A DNA stretch of 64,000 nt from Octopus vulgaris (Eukaryota). Within the stretch, counting starts at the first letter, position 1. Each line of letters starts with the position of its first letter. A program made the translations under genes and the position numbers. The stretch spans positions 26,660,001-26,724,000 of the forward strand of contig OX597821.1 in the NCBI GenBank assembly GCA_951406725.2, given 5' to 3'. Shown here in pieces: positions 1 to 11,404 of this stretch. Under the pieces are notes generated by a model that saw nothing but the letters and a program-made list of their open reading frames with translations, was not told the origin of the DNA and searched no databases.

Positions 1-7
1 CCATTTA

Positions 8-460
8 TTCTTTTATTTCTTTCAGTCATTTGACTGTGGCCATGCTGGTGTACCGACTTGAAGGGATTTAGTCGATCAAATCGACTTCAAGACTTATTTC
101 TTAAGCCTAGTACTTATTCTATCGGTCTCTTTTGCTGAACTACTAAGTTACGGAGACGTATACACACCAACACCGGCGGCGAGCTGGCAGAAACGTTAGC
201 GCGCCGGGCGAAATGCTTAGCAGTATTTCGTCTGTATTTACGTTCTGAGTTCAAATTCCGCCGAGGTCGACTTTGCCTTTCATCCTTTCGGGGGTCGATT
301 AAATAAGTACCAGTTACGCACTGGGGTCGATATAATCGACTTAATCCGTGTGTCAGTCTTTGTTTGTCCTCTCTGTGTTTAGCCCCTTGTGGGTAGTAAA
401 GAAATAGGTATACACACCAACATCGGTTGTCAAGAAGTGATGGGGAAACACACACACATA
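8..460 (-). mobile_element. 3' part of tRNA/CORE-like SINE (family A), interrupted by a family B SINE
   Basis: TTTCAGTCATTTGACTGTGGCCATGCTGG...CATCGGTTGTCAAG is shared with many copies in the window. Confidence 0.8.
175..407 (+). mobile_element. tRNA-derived SINE (family B) with 15-bp TSD
   Basis: Head GGCGGCGAGCTGGCAGAAACG with B-box GAGTTCAAATTCC; TSD GTATACACACCAACA at 158-172 and 408-422. Confidence 0.9.
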
Positions 461-949
461 CAAAGATAAATATTCCCGGTTTATGGGGTTGCCCGGAGTT
501 TCATATTCATAAAGCGCTTAGCGCGCTCAGCTTTACTGCGTTCCTTGAGACCGGGACCAGACGAGATCACAAACGAACCGGACGTCTTCCTGTTTTTTTT
601 CCCCCGCTGCCGACGACCTCAGCACACAGAACCAAGCCAGGAACATGCTACAGAATTTGAACTATGACACATCTTCCGCTGTTCCAGGTATAGTTAGTTA
701 AAATCACCAAACCAGTTATTTGCCAATATGTAAGACATTAGCCGTTTATTTTTATAACGGTTGTAATACAGAACAGTCAGATTGAATTTACTTGTTTCTT
801 CTTGTCATTCGGTTATCTACGGTAACTCCAGACACAAAGATTAGACCAGTCAATTTATGTACACCCTCTTGCAGCTTTATCCCAGCCATTCAACAATCGG
901 AAGACTCACTTCCCAGGGATTGGGCGAAATTCTTTGAAGGACCAATACC

Positions 950-1270
950 GAGCCGCGCATTCTTCATCCATGACTCCCATTCGAAGTGTAAATTATTAGT
1001 CGACACTAGCGTTTGGCGTTGCTTGTAGCGCTTGGTCTGTCAGCTTAGTTACGGATTCCCGTCAATCAGCACCCGTTACTTTACATGCAATTAACTATTC
1101 CCCAATTCGCACTTTTGGCGAGAAAGTTTTGACTCTTGATATCAATCTTCGGTGTCAGTTCCAGTGGGTATTTATAACTGCTAATTTACCATACCCTATT
1201 TTCCGTACCGATTTCTTACACCATCTTAAACTCTTAGTCGATTTGAGAAATCAGCGTTTAATCGAAGCAA
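950..1270 (+). pseudogene. Gypsy/Ty3 LTR-retrotransposon aspartic protease remnant
   Basis: Translates FFIHDSHSKCKLLVDTS...LHAINYSPIRTFGEKVLTLDINLRCQFQWVFITANLPYPIFRTDFLHHLKLLVDLRNQRLIE, matching the Gypsy protease pattern (FLVDTGA...PILGADFL); disrupted by a stop. Confidence 0.75.
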
Positions 1271-1504
1271 GACCTTGGCTCACATTATTCTAATGTGAGC
1301 TCACTATTCTTTGTGCCAGTACTTACTAATCGTTTTCATGAACTTTTGTCGAGGTTCCTGGATTTAACTGTGGCTGTTTTTCATAAGTCCCCAACGAATT
1401 CTTACCAAGAGACCTCTTATAGTATGCTACCCACGACACCTAGCCCCGGATAAACTCAAATCTGTTAAAGAGAAATTTTATCACGTGTTGGACCTTTCAA
1501 TACT

Positions 1505-1945
1505 GAAATTCAGGGCGCAATCGAGGAAACACCACGAGGAGATGTTGTGTATATTCTGGGAGATTTCGATGCTAGAATTGGAGAAAGGGCAGAAGTAGAC
1601 ATCGTTGGCAAATTTGGATAAGGAGAACGGAATGAAGCAGGAGATCGACTAGTCCAATTTTGTCAAGATCAGCACATGCGGCTAACCAATACTTGGTTTC
1701 GGCAACCATGAAGACAGCTATACACCTGGACGTCGCCAAGTGGACAGTACGGCAATCAAATCGACAACATCCTATGTCAGCAACGGTGGAAGAGTTCAGT
1801 CCGAGCTGTGAAGACGTTTCCTGGGACAGACTGAGGATCTGACAATGAACTTCTGGTTGCCAAGATCAAGATGCGATTCTGCAACGTCAAGCGACCACCC
1901 GCTTGCCAGAAATTTGATACCAATAAGATCGGTCCATCATATGCC
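1505..1945 (+). pseudogene. RTE-clade LINE APE endonuclease fragment
   Basis: VYILGDFDARIG...GERNEAGDRLVQFC...TNTWF...YTWTSPSGQYGNQIDNIL...SDNELLVAKIK, with in-frame stops. Confidence 0.85.
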
Positions 1946-2449
1946 GTGTATGTGTGTGTGTACGTGCAAGTTTTGGTGTTAGTTCCCCCAGCCACTGTTG
2001 GAGTGTTTACATCATAATGTAGCAGTTCAGCAAAAGAACCCGATAGAATATGTCCCACGTTTTAAAGCTAAGTCGATTTTACCCAGCTTGGCCACTGTTC
2101 AATGACTGAAATAAGTAAAAGGTTAACCATGATCCTCTCCTTAAAAATTATGCAGCTATGCAAGAATTTCAGGTACTTACTGCCTAAACTGTGGTCTGCA
2201 AATTGCATTAAACACAGACACCCTTTCACGTACGTGCGCGCGTGCTTAATGCTTGTGTACTTGCAGTGACACTAACTAGTTCAATTAAATAAATAAAATA
2301 CTTGGGTTTTAATATCAAGACTAGTAGATTTAGAATTGTTATAGAGTAGGAGTACAAAGTTTAAAAACTAACTGCGAATTAAAAATATGTAACAGTTCAA
2401 CATATTCAAATGAAAATAAATATGCTTTTCATTATAATTTTGGGGAATA

Positions 2450-2615
2450 GGCGCAGGAGTGGCTGTGTGGTAAGTAGCTTTCTAACTAACCACATGGTTC
2501 GGGTTCAGTCCCACTGCGTGGCACCTTGGGCAAGTGTCTTCTACAATAGCCTCGGGCCGACCAAAGCCTTGTGAGTGGATTTGGTAGACGGAAACTGAAA
2601 GAAGCCCGTCGTATG

Positions 2616-2662
<47 letters not shown>

Positions 2663-2851
2663 ATGTGTGTGTGTATGTTTGTGTTTGTGTTTGTCCTCCA
2701 ACATCGCTTGACAACCGCTGCTGGTTGAGGCCGATAGGATAGGTACTAGACTTACAAAGAATAAGTTCTGGGGGTCGATTTGCTCGACTAAAGGCGGTGC
2801 TCCAGCGTGGCCGCAGTCAAATGACTGAAACAAGTAAAAGAGTAAAAGAGA
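2450..2851 (+). mobile_element. Near full-length tRNA/CORE-like SINE (family A) with internal microsatellite
   Basis: A-box TGGCTGTGTGG, B-box GGTTCAGTCCC, CORE-like CCTTGGGCAAGTG, internal (TA)n/(TG)n, tail GTAAAAGA repeats. Confidence 0.9.
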
Positions 2852-2885
2852 ATAATATTTGTTTGTGATCACTAGTTCTGACTTA

Positions 2886-3514
2886 ATACTCCCAATAACA
2901 TCACGGATGTTTAGGTTGAAGTGTATTTTTAAGCGGGTTTCATTTTCATTAACGATGCAAACGAGGTTATAATTTTTGGAAGCAAATTTATGAACTGCAC
3001 TAATTACTGGTTAGTGCAAGTCTAAAGACTGGGTTCATGTTAGAAAATTTGTTTGTCTCAATGTATATATATAAGTAGCAGAGATACCCGGTGTTGCACG
3101 GGATGACAATGGCATAGTTTTTTATTGTTTTAATTGTTTCAGTTATGTGACTTCGGCCATGCTAGAGCACTACATTTAGTCGAAGAAACCAACCCCAGGA
3201 TTTATTCTTTGTAAACCTAGTACCTTTTCTGTCCGTGTGTTTTGTCAAACGGCTAAGTTAGGTGGATGTAAACACAGCAACATCGGTTGTCAAGCGATGG
3301 TGGGGTACAAACACAGATACACACACACACACACACGCGCACACACAAATATAAACATATATACGACAGTCTTCTTTCAGTTTCCGTGTACAAAATCCAC
3401 TCACAAGGCTTTGGTGGGCCTGAAGCTATAGTGTATATAGACATACACACACACGCGCGCGCACACGCACATATATATATAATGTATATATATATATACA
3501 TATACATATACACT

Positions 3515-3546
<32 letters not shown>

Positions 3547-3674
3547 CACATATATATACACACATATATATATGATATACACACATATATACATATACAT
3601 ACATATATATATATATATGTATGTATATGTAGATATGTGTGTATATCATATATATATGTGTGTATATATATGTG

Positions 3675-3716
<42 letters not shown>

Positions 3717-4343
3717 TGTATATGTATATGTATATATATATATACATTATATATATATGTGCGTGTGCGCGCGCGTGTGTGTGTATGTCTATATACACTA
3801 TAGCTTCAGGCCCACCAAAGCCTTGTGAGTGGATTTTGTACACGGAAACTGAAAGAAGACTGTCGTATATATGTTTATATTTGTGTGTGCGCGTGTGTGT
3901 GTGTGTGTGTATCTGTGTTTGTACCCCACCATCGCTTGACAACCGATGTTGCTGTGTTTACATCCACCTAACTTAGCCGTTTGACAAAACACACGGACAG
4001 AAAAGGTACTAGGTTTACAAAGAATAAATCCTGGGGTTGGTTTCTTCGACTAAATGTAGTGCTCTAGCATGGCCGAAGTCACATAACTGAAACAATTAAA
4101 ACAATAAAAAACTATGCCATTGTCATCCCGTGCAACACCGGGTATCTCTGCTACTTATATATATACATTGAGACAAACAAATTTTCTAACATGAACCCAG
4201 TCTTTAGACTTGCACTAACCAGTAATTAGTGCAGTTCATAAATTTGCTTCCAAAAATTATAACCTCGTTTGCATCGTTAATGAAAATGAAACCCGCTTAA
4301 AAATACACTTCAACCTAAACATCCGTGATGTTATTGGGAGTAT
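2886..4343. repeat. Near-perfect 1.46-kb palindrome (inverted duplication) centred at about 3614
   Basis: Mirror ORFs 3253-3513(-) and 3716-3976(+) are identical; arms match out to 2886/4343. Confidence 0.95.
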
Positions 4344-4412
4344 ATGTATATATATACACATATATATACACACATATATATATGATATACACACATATAT
4401 ACATATACATAC

Positions 4413-4450
<38 letters not shown>

Positions 4451-4461
4451 ATCTATACATT

Positions 4462-4493
<32 letters not shown>

Positions 4494-4706
4494 CATATAA
4501 CTCTCTCTATATATATACATCTATATATATACATATAACTCTCTCTCTCTATATATACATCTATATATATACATATACATCTATACATTTTACATATATA
4601 TATATATACAAACATACATATGTACACACATATATATACAAACATACATATGTACACACATATATATACACATACATGCATACATACGTATACACACTCA
4701 CATATA

Positions 4707-5023
4707 TACTTTCGGTGGGAATGGTTTTGTTATAGGTGCCGAGTTTCACAAGCCTGTAGATAATAATGGTATTTATTTAAGCTTAAAGCTTATAGCGATC
4801 ACCGTGCTATGATCAAAGAAAACAGCCTGATAATTGGGCATATAAACCCTCGACAGGGAAAACCTCATTTTTTTTTGAAGGCTTATATGACCCATTATTT
4901 ACTATATTCCTTAGTCATGCACGGAGATCGTTATAAGCTTTACACGTATATAAATACCATTATTATTATTTACATTATTGTAAGCATCAGCGCCGTATAA
5001 CAAAACCATTCGCACCGAAAGTA
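4707..5023. repeat. Imperfect ~315-bp fold-back element
   Basis: TACTTTCGGTGGGAATGGTTTTGTTATA pairs with TATAACAAAACCATTCGCACCGAAAGTA, with further internal complementarity. Confidence 0.75.
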
Positions 5024-5094
5024 CATTGAAATTTGTTTATAAAAAACAATTAAAACTAATATAGTTCTTAAATGTGATAGAAACTGGATGGCTA

Positions 5095-5285
5095 ACTCGC
5101 TGGTGTAATGGTAATACACTTGTTAACAAAGGAATGTGGGTTCGTGTCCCACGCGGATGAGAAAGTCTACATTTTTCTGTCGGGGGCTTAAATGCCTCAT
5201 TATTAGACTATTTCCCTTGGCCATTGCTTGGTGATCGCTTTAAGCTTACATAAATACCATTATTATTATTATTATTATTATTTAC
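5095..5285 (+). mobile_element. tRNA-headed SINE-like element
   Basis: A-box-like TGGTGTAATGG and B-box-like GGTTCGTGTCC; 3' part matches the right arm of the 4707-5023 fold-back; (TAT)n tail. Confidence 0.5.
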
Positions 5286-5621
5286 ATTTATATATAGATA
5301 TAATTACATATGAATTTATATATATATTTGTACAGATATATATTTATATATATACATGCATACATATATATGTATACACACACATATATATATGATGTGA
5401 GATAGTAGTTTCACCATTAATAGTGAAACTATTATCTCACATTACAATAGAGATTTTATTGTTTCACTTTTGACACGTAATAACAATACAGTGTTATAGA
5501 TTGCTCCAGGCTTGCATTAGGCAAGAAGTTGAAAATTCTTTTAGCCATGCCACTTCATGAAAAGAAAGATGGCCACGTGAGGAAAAGATAGACAATATAT
5601 ATATATATATATATATATTTA

Positions 5622-5891
5622 CGGAGATGTACTCGCATAGCAAGTGATTTGATCTGAGATCGTGTGCTGGAACGAAAACAATTGCAGCGTGGAAGGTGTT
5701 TGGAAGCCATTTAAGAAACACACAAAAGCCTTTCGATTCACTTCAACATTTAAGTTTAATTTGTCAAAATATTTTCGTCGCTAAAATCCGCGACCTGTTC
5801 ACTGACAAAAATCCGTGCTGTTGAAGTGAATCGAAAGGCTTTTGTGTGTTTCTTAAATGGCTTACAAACACCTTCCACGCTGCAATTGTTT
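5622..5891. mobile_element. Fold-back repeat element (Penelope pseudo-LTR-like) between (TA)n tracts
   Basis: ~70-bp inverted arms at 5676-5748 and 5819-5891; same family as 23010-23353. Confidence 0.7.
5760..5809 (-). ncRNA. Minimal hammerhead ribozyme, G3-C8 core variant
   Basis: Minus strand: TTTGTCA-GTGAACA-G-GTCGC ggatttta GCGAC-GAAA-ATAT-TT-TGACAAA. Confidence 0.6.
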
Positions 5892-5977
5892 ATATATATA
5901 TATATATGTATATATATACTGTGAAATTAGATTTAATCCTAAATCTAATTTTTCCCTGTAAATTTGGATTTCCTCCC

Positions 5978-6064
<87 letters not shown>

Positions 6065-6238
6065 ATATATATATATATATACACACACATATATATATAT
6101 ACATATGTATTTATATATGTAATCAAATGTGTATATGCGTATATGCATATAAATATATATATATGCATATATATATAAATGTACATAAATGTATATGTAT
6201 ACATATATATGTGTGTGTATACACATATACGTATATAC

Positions 6239-6288
<50 letters not shown>

Positions 6289-7349
6289 ATTTACCTTGCA
6301 TTTACTTCGCATTGTTTCGGCCTTACCCACGATCTTTTATACGATATATTTGTGTGTATTTACGTTTTATCTTTTGCTTGTTTTAGTCATCATTAGACTG
6401 CGGCGATGCTGGGGCACGGTCTTGAAGAGATTTTAGTCGGTTTGTTCCACTAATAATGGATGGTTCAGTTTTTATAGCTCTTTAAAGTTGGCTAATTTAA
6501 CGAAATTTACGTCTTTTTTTGTTGTTAGTATCATAAGATTGAACATATTTTCTTTCGCAAAAAAGATTTTAAACCTCTGTTTGAACTTATTTAGAAGCAT
6601 TTTGTACTGTCTTTCAGTCAAGCGACAGCCTAGAGTGCATAGGCCAACATAAATTTGAGAAAATAGGGGATGCATAAAAAATATCCAAATTTTTGGTAAA
6701 ACCTCCTCAAACTTGATAATTTTAAAAAATGACAACTTTTGACATATTAAGGGCCAACATATTTAACATCCTCAACGTTTTATGTAAAATGTTGGAAAAA
6801 TCAGTTCAAAGGGGTTAAAAGGTCACACAGAAAGTATATTTCGATTTTGGGTACCAAACATCAAAACCGACCAAAATTGGGGGTGGGGTGGGGGTGGGGG
6901 TAAAATCGATTGTAATTGATCCCCAACGTGATTAAACAAGTATAATAACAGAAAACATAAAATGGACACAAAATCTCATAAATTTCTCGAATTAATTGAT
7001 CTTTAATGCAATTTTCTTTGGTATTTAGCGTATTTTATGGACTAAAAATCTGATTATGAAGGTCAGATTCCGGCTTGGAGGATTTTGTCTTGCTTACGCC
7101 GAAATTGAAGACGGACCAAAACACGAGATAACAAAAAGAAAATATTCCTAACAAATACCTGCATCGAAACTTTACCATAGTCTACCCCCACCCCCACCAA
7201 AAAAAAAAAAGAAAAAAGAAAAAAATACACTGAGACCACCTCTATGATTCACAAAGGAAATCAGAATCATTTGCACTAAATTGTGAAAAACGATCACTTA
7301 TTAATTGACAACAAATATTGAAACAACAACACCAAAGAATAAATATGTG

Positions 7350-7900
7350 TTACATGGACCACACAGTATTATAGTGTTTCGATTCTTGATTGTTCTTCTG
7401 TGAAAGCAGACACCTTCTTATGTTTGGAAGAACGAGCTGTGTGACCAACTTCACCACAAACAGAACAACTTGGACCGGGACGTTTCGAAGCAATTGCTGG
7501 ATGCGACACGACGGACATTCTTCTGAAGATGTCATGGATGTTATCTTTGATTGAAAGCTGGTGAGATCTTGCAGATAATCATTTTTAACCGCAATACACC
7601 AAAAAGCTAATTTTGGTCGATATGTCCTGATTTGGTTATTTTAACCCAGACCCCCATAAACAAAGAAAAAGCAAATAATTTTGGTTCCAACTGAGAGCCC
7701 ATAAAATTGTGGTTCAGACGAGCCCTCAGTCACTATCAGGTGACTATTTTAACCTGAGATATGATTTTTTTCCTTGAATTAGCCAATCTAGACATAATGT
7801 AGATTTCCTTCAACACCAAATGAGAGCAGGGAGTTGATTTCAAAAATCATGAATTCACCGAAATAAATTCACCTGCACGAAAAATACAATCTAGTCGTCT
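7350..7900 (-). pseudogene. Transposon protein remnant with zinc-knuckle-like motif
   Basis: Minus strand near 7430-7495 reads IASKRPGPSCSVCGEVGHTARS (CxxCxxxGH); superfamily not assignable. Confidence 0.4.
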
Positions 7901-8073
7901 GAAAAAAAATCACAAACTTCAGGACTACAGTTCACGTACTTCTGCCTCAACAGGCGTCATCAGCGAATCAGTTTTCCTATTTTTGTATTAGATGTGAGAC
8001 TTAGACATATACAACAAAATAGTCGGCTAATTTTCATTTAACCAAAAGTTAACTAACAGAAATAATTACATGC

Positions 8074-8120
<47 letters not shown>

Positions 8121-9659
8121 TAATAAAATATTAGGGAATAAATCCAAACTTACAGGGGAAAATCAGATTTAGGATTAAATCCAATTTTATAGTATAAATA
8201 TATTATATTATATTATATTAAATTAGAGATAAAACCACTATTAGGCAAATCAAAACATGAAAAACATAAGCCAATACATAAAATTAATTTAATTTATATT
8301 ATTTTAAATATATATCAAAAGTATTAAAAGTTTAATAAAAGATAAAGAGTATATATATATATACTCACTTACGTGTGTGTGTGTGTGTGTGTATGTGTAG
8401 AAACTTGTGGAATTTCAGAAATATCAACGGTAATAAACTATATATCAAAGAAATAAATAATCTCTTTATTTTTCCCCAGCCATCACACGTAGAGTTCACC
8501 TGGGTTCTTATTTGCGCAATAATTTAATAATATTAAAGAGTACGTGGTTTGTAATAATAAGTTTCGAATACATTAGATATAACAGTTTTTATTGGCAATA
8601 TCAAAATAAAGCTTACGGGTGGCTGTGTGGTAAGATGCTTGCTTCTCAACTAAATAGTCCCGAGTTCAGTTCCACTGAGCCTGTGGGTGGATTTGGTAGA
8701 CAGTAACCGAAAGAATCCCTTTTAGCCAAACTGCCTGGGATACAGCGAAGTCATGGGACTGCAGTATGGCGGATTGTGATGAGGTAGCAAGAGAGCTCAA
8801 CTGAACCATTGATGGTGAGCGGAGGAATTCTGCAAGACAAACGGTCAAGATCACCAAGCTCTGTCATGAGTGTAACTGTAACACATCTATGTAACGCGTC
8901 CATGGTTGTGTAATCAGCTAATGAAACATACATATATACATGGACACACATACACACGCGTATTTACACTCACAGACAGCTTCCGTTTATCGGATTCATC
9001 TGCAAGGCATAGGTCGGCTCGGAGCTGGCGACACCATGGGCAATAGTCTTGTACTATAGCTTTGGAACGACCAAAGCCTTATGAGCGAATTTGGTAGACG
9101 TAAATTGCATGGAAACCCCGTTCCTGTTTTACAAATTTCATTGTGTTATTTGTATTGGTGGGCAGAAGTGAGTGATTTTGTTTCGTTAAAGTAAAACGTC
9201 TCTCATGTTAAATAGTCTAGTCGATGAGCATAGTTCTATGTGAATGCAAAGCGCGAAAAGTGGCTGTCTTTGAGTTAAAATTTCTTATGAATAAAAAAGA
9301 AGCAGAAAGCAGTATGTGTTCATAAAGTGGTGTAAATAGAAATTGTCGAATGATTTAGATTAACCTGTTTGTGAGTGAAGAAAACCAATCCTGGATTCTG
9401 CTTTGATTTGCTAATTTCTCCCTGTCCATAGAGAGTAGAGATAGTAGCTACTTCTTTGGTGTCGAATGAAAGAGCGAAGAAGTATGTACGTACGTACATA
9501 CGTATGTATGTTATGATTCAGTTTTATTTCAAGATTTCTTGCCAATTTATATGGTCAAACTGATGGATAAACTACAATTCTATCATTGCCTCAAATAAAG
9601 TACAAAAACGTGTCGAAGTACTAAAAATGCATTTGTATGAAAACCTGAACTAGGTCATT

Positions 9660-9678
9660 ACACGTACACAGACGCACA

Positions 9679-9750
<72 letters not shown>

Positions 9751-10050
9751 CACACACACACACACACACACTCTCTCTCACACACACACACACACAAACT
9801 CACACACACACACACACAAACTCACACACACACAAACTCACACACACACAAACTCACACACACACAAACTCAAACACACAGACTCACACACACACATACA
9901 CTCACTGACTCACACACACACACAAACTTACACACACACACACACTCACTGACTCACACACACACACACACACAAACTCTCATACACACACAAACTCTCA
10001 CACACACAAACTCTGACACACACACACTCACTGACTCACACACACGTATA
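9660..10050. repeat. (CA)n / (CACAAACT)n compound microsatellite
   Basis: Direct inspection. Confidence 0.95.
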
Positions 10051-10383
10051 TATGCATACATACGCGGGTAAATGTGTATATATCCATACACAGAGAACTA
10101 TGGAAGTATGCGTGTACCTAATAGTGCAAGCGCGTGTGCGTTGAAATAGTTAAACTCTTCAAATCCACACAGTATGCTTATACATACAGTAGAAGATCAG
10201 ATTCAATGTTTTCAGGTAATTATTTTCAAACAGACCTTCAGGCCTTTAAATTGAAATATTTTAGGTCAATCGTTTTTGTTGTTATCTTATCAGTATATAT
10301 TCTCTAGAATATTTGCCAGGAAAACTCCATCACCCAGACGCTTTACTATTTAATCATATAATACTCCTTCGAGTAAGTAAATC

Positions 10384-10415
<32 letters not shown>

Positions 10416-10514
10416 TGTATGTATGTATGTATGTATGTATGTATGTATGTATGTATGTATGCATGCATGCATGCATGCATGTATGTATGTATGTATATAT
10501 GTATGTATGTATGC

Positions 10515-10868
10515 ATGCCTCAGTAAAGCTGAACTCAAGAGTCATCTTTGTAGTCATAAAGCGAGACAGATGAGTGACAACCTGGCCACTGGTGGTGGTG
10601 TAACACACCATACTAATCATATCTGTCGGGCATGTGGAAGAGAGTGTAATTCGTCAGGAGGACTTAAACGACATGCAGAGGTACATGAAGCCCAGTTACA
10701 ACTACAGCCGGCTATTACCGGTAAAGGTTTTAGTTGCCAATTCTGTGCAAGACATTGTGGATCTTTAGCTGGGCTAAAAAGTCACATTCGATCACAGCAC
10801 CATTAACAGTTAAGCTTCGTGCAATGGCCATACTCGATAACAAGGGGGCAGCCATAATAATAATAATG
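10515..10868 (+). mobile_element. 5'-truncated 3' end of an RTE LINE with C-terminal C2H2 zinc fingers
   Basis: HICRACGRECNSSGGLKRHAEVH and FSCQFCARHCGSLAGLKSHIRSQH; 3' UTR ATGGCCATACTCGATAACAAGGGGGCAGCC then (TAA)n; embedded in (TATG)n. Confidence 0.75.
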
Positions 10869-10899
10869 TATGCATGCATGGATGCATGCATGTATGTAT

Positions 10900-11395
10900 G
10901 TATCTCATTATTCAGTTTTATTTCTTGCCAATGGAGAAACTACTGGTTTCTAACCTAGTTCCAATGCCTCTTCACTGGAATTTCAACATCGACAGGGTAT
11001 ATTTGAATGTTTGTATATGAAGAGATTTGTATGTTTTGTTTTATGTATGTATTCTCATACATATAGCTGCATGCCTAGACATGCTCATATATACTGACAT
11101 GAAAAACTTCTGGAAAGTTACACAGATTTTTACAGTCCCAGTGATAGCTTAGATTTGTAGTCATCGAATTTTTTCCTTCCTGGTTTTGAGGAGCCTAATT
11201 TCTCAATATTGGTATTTAGGCAGTGTGTCACACTTGTCCCAGTGGTCCAATAATTACAGATATAAACCTGAACATATAATTTAGATAGAGTAGCTGTAGA
11301 TTCCTCAATAGTTTAGCGAAGGAATTTTCTTTTTCGTTGATCATTAGCTTTATGTTAACACCCATTGGGCATGACTTCCACAACTGTTCTCTGTA
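10900..11395 (-). mobile_element. 3' end of R4/Dong/NeSL-like (REL endonuclease) non-LTR retrotransposon
   Basis: Minus-strand remnants VNIKLMINEKENSFAKLLRNLQLL...FRFISVIIGPLG; homologous to 46875-47445. Confidence 0.75.
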
Positions 11396-11404
11396 TGTCT
11401 GTAT

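Noticed and set aside
485-780. Possible LTR upstream of the Gypsy protease remnant
   Set aside because: No second LTR, PBS or TSD could be identified in the window.
2450-2525. tRNA-like sequences at SINE heads
   Set aside because: They have A/B boxes but run directly into SINE bodies, so they are not called as tRNA genes.
7930-7972. CTGATGA-cGCCT..AGGCa-GAAG hammerhead-like string on the minus strand
   Set aside because: GAAG instead of GAAA and no proper stem III or UH site; it also lies next to a putative coding remnant.
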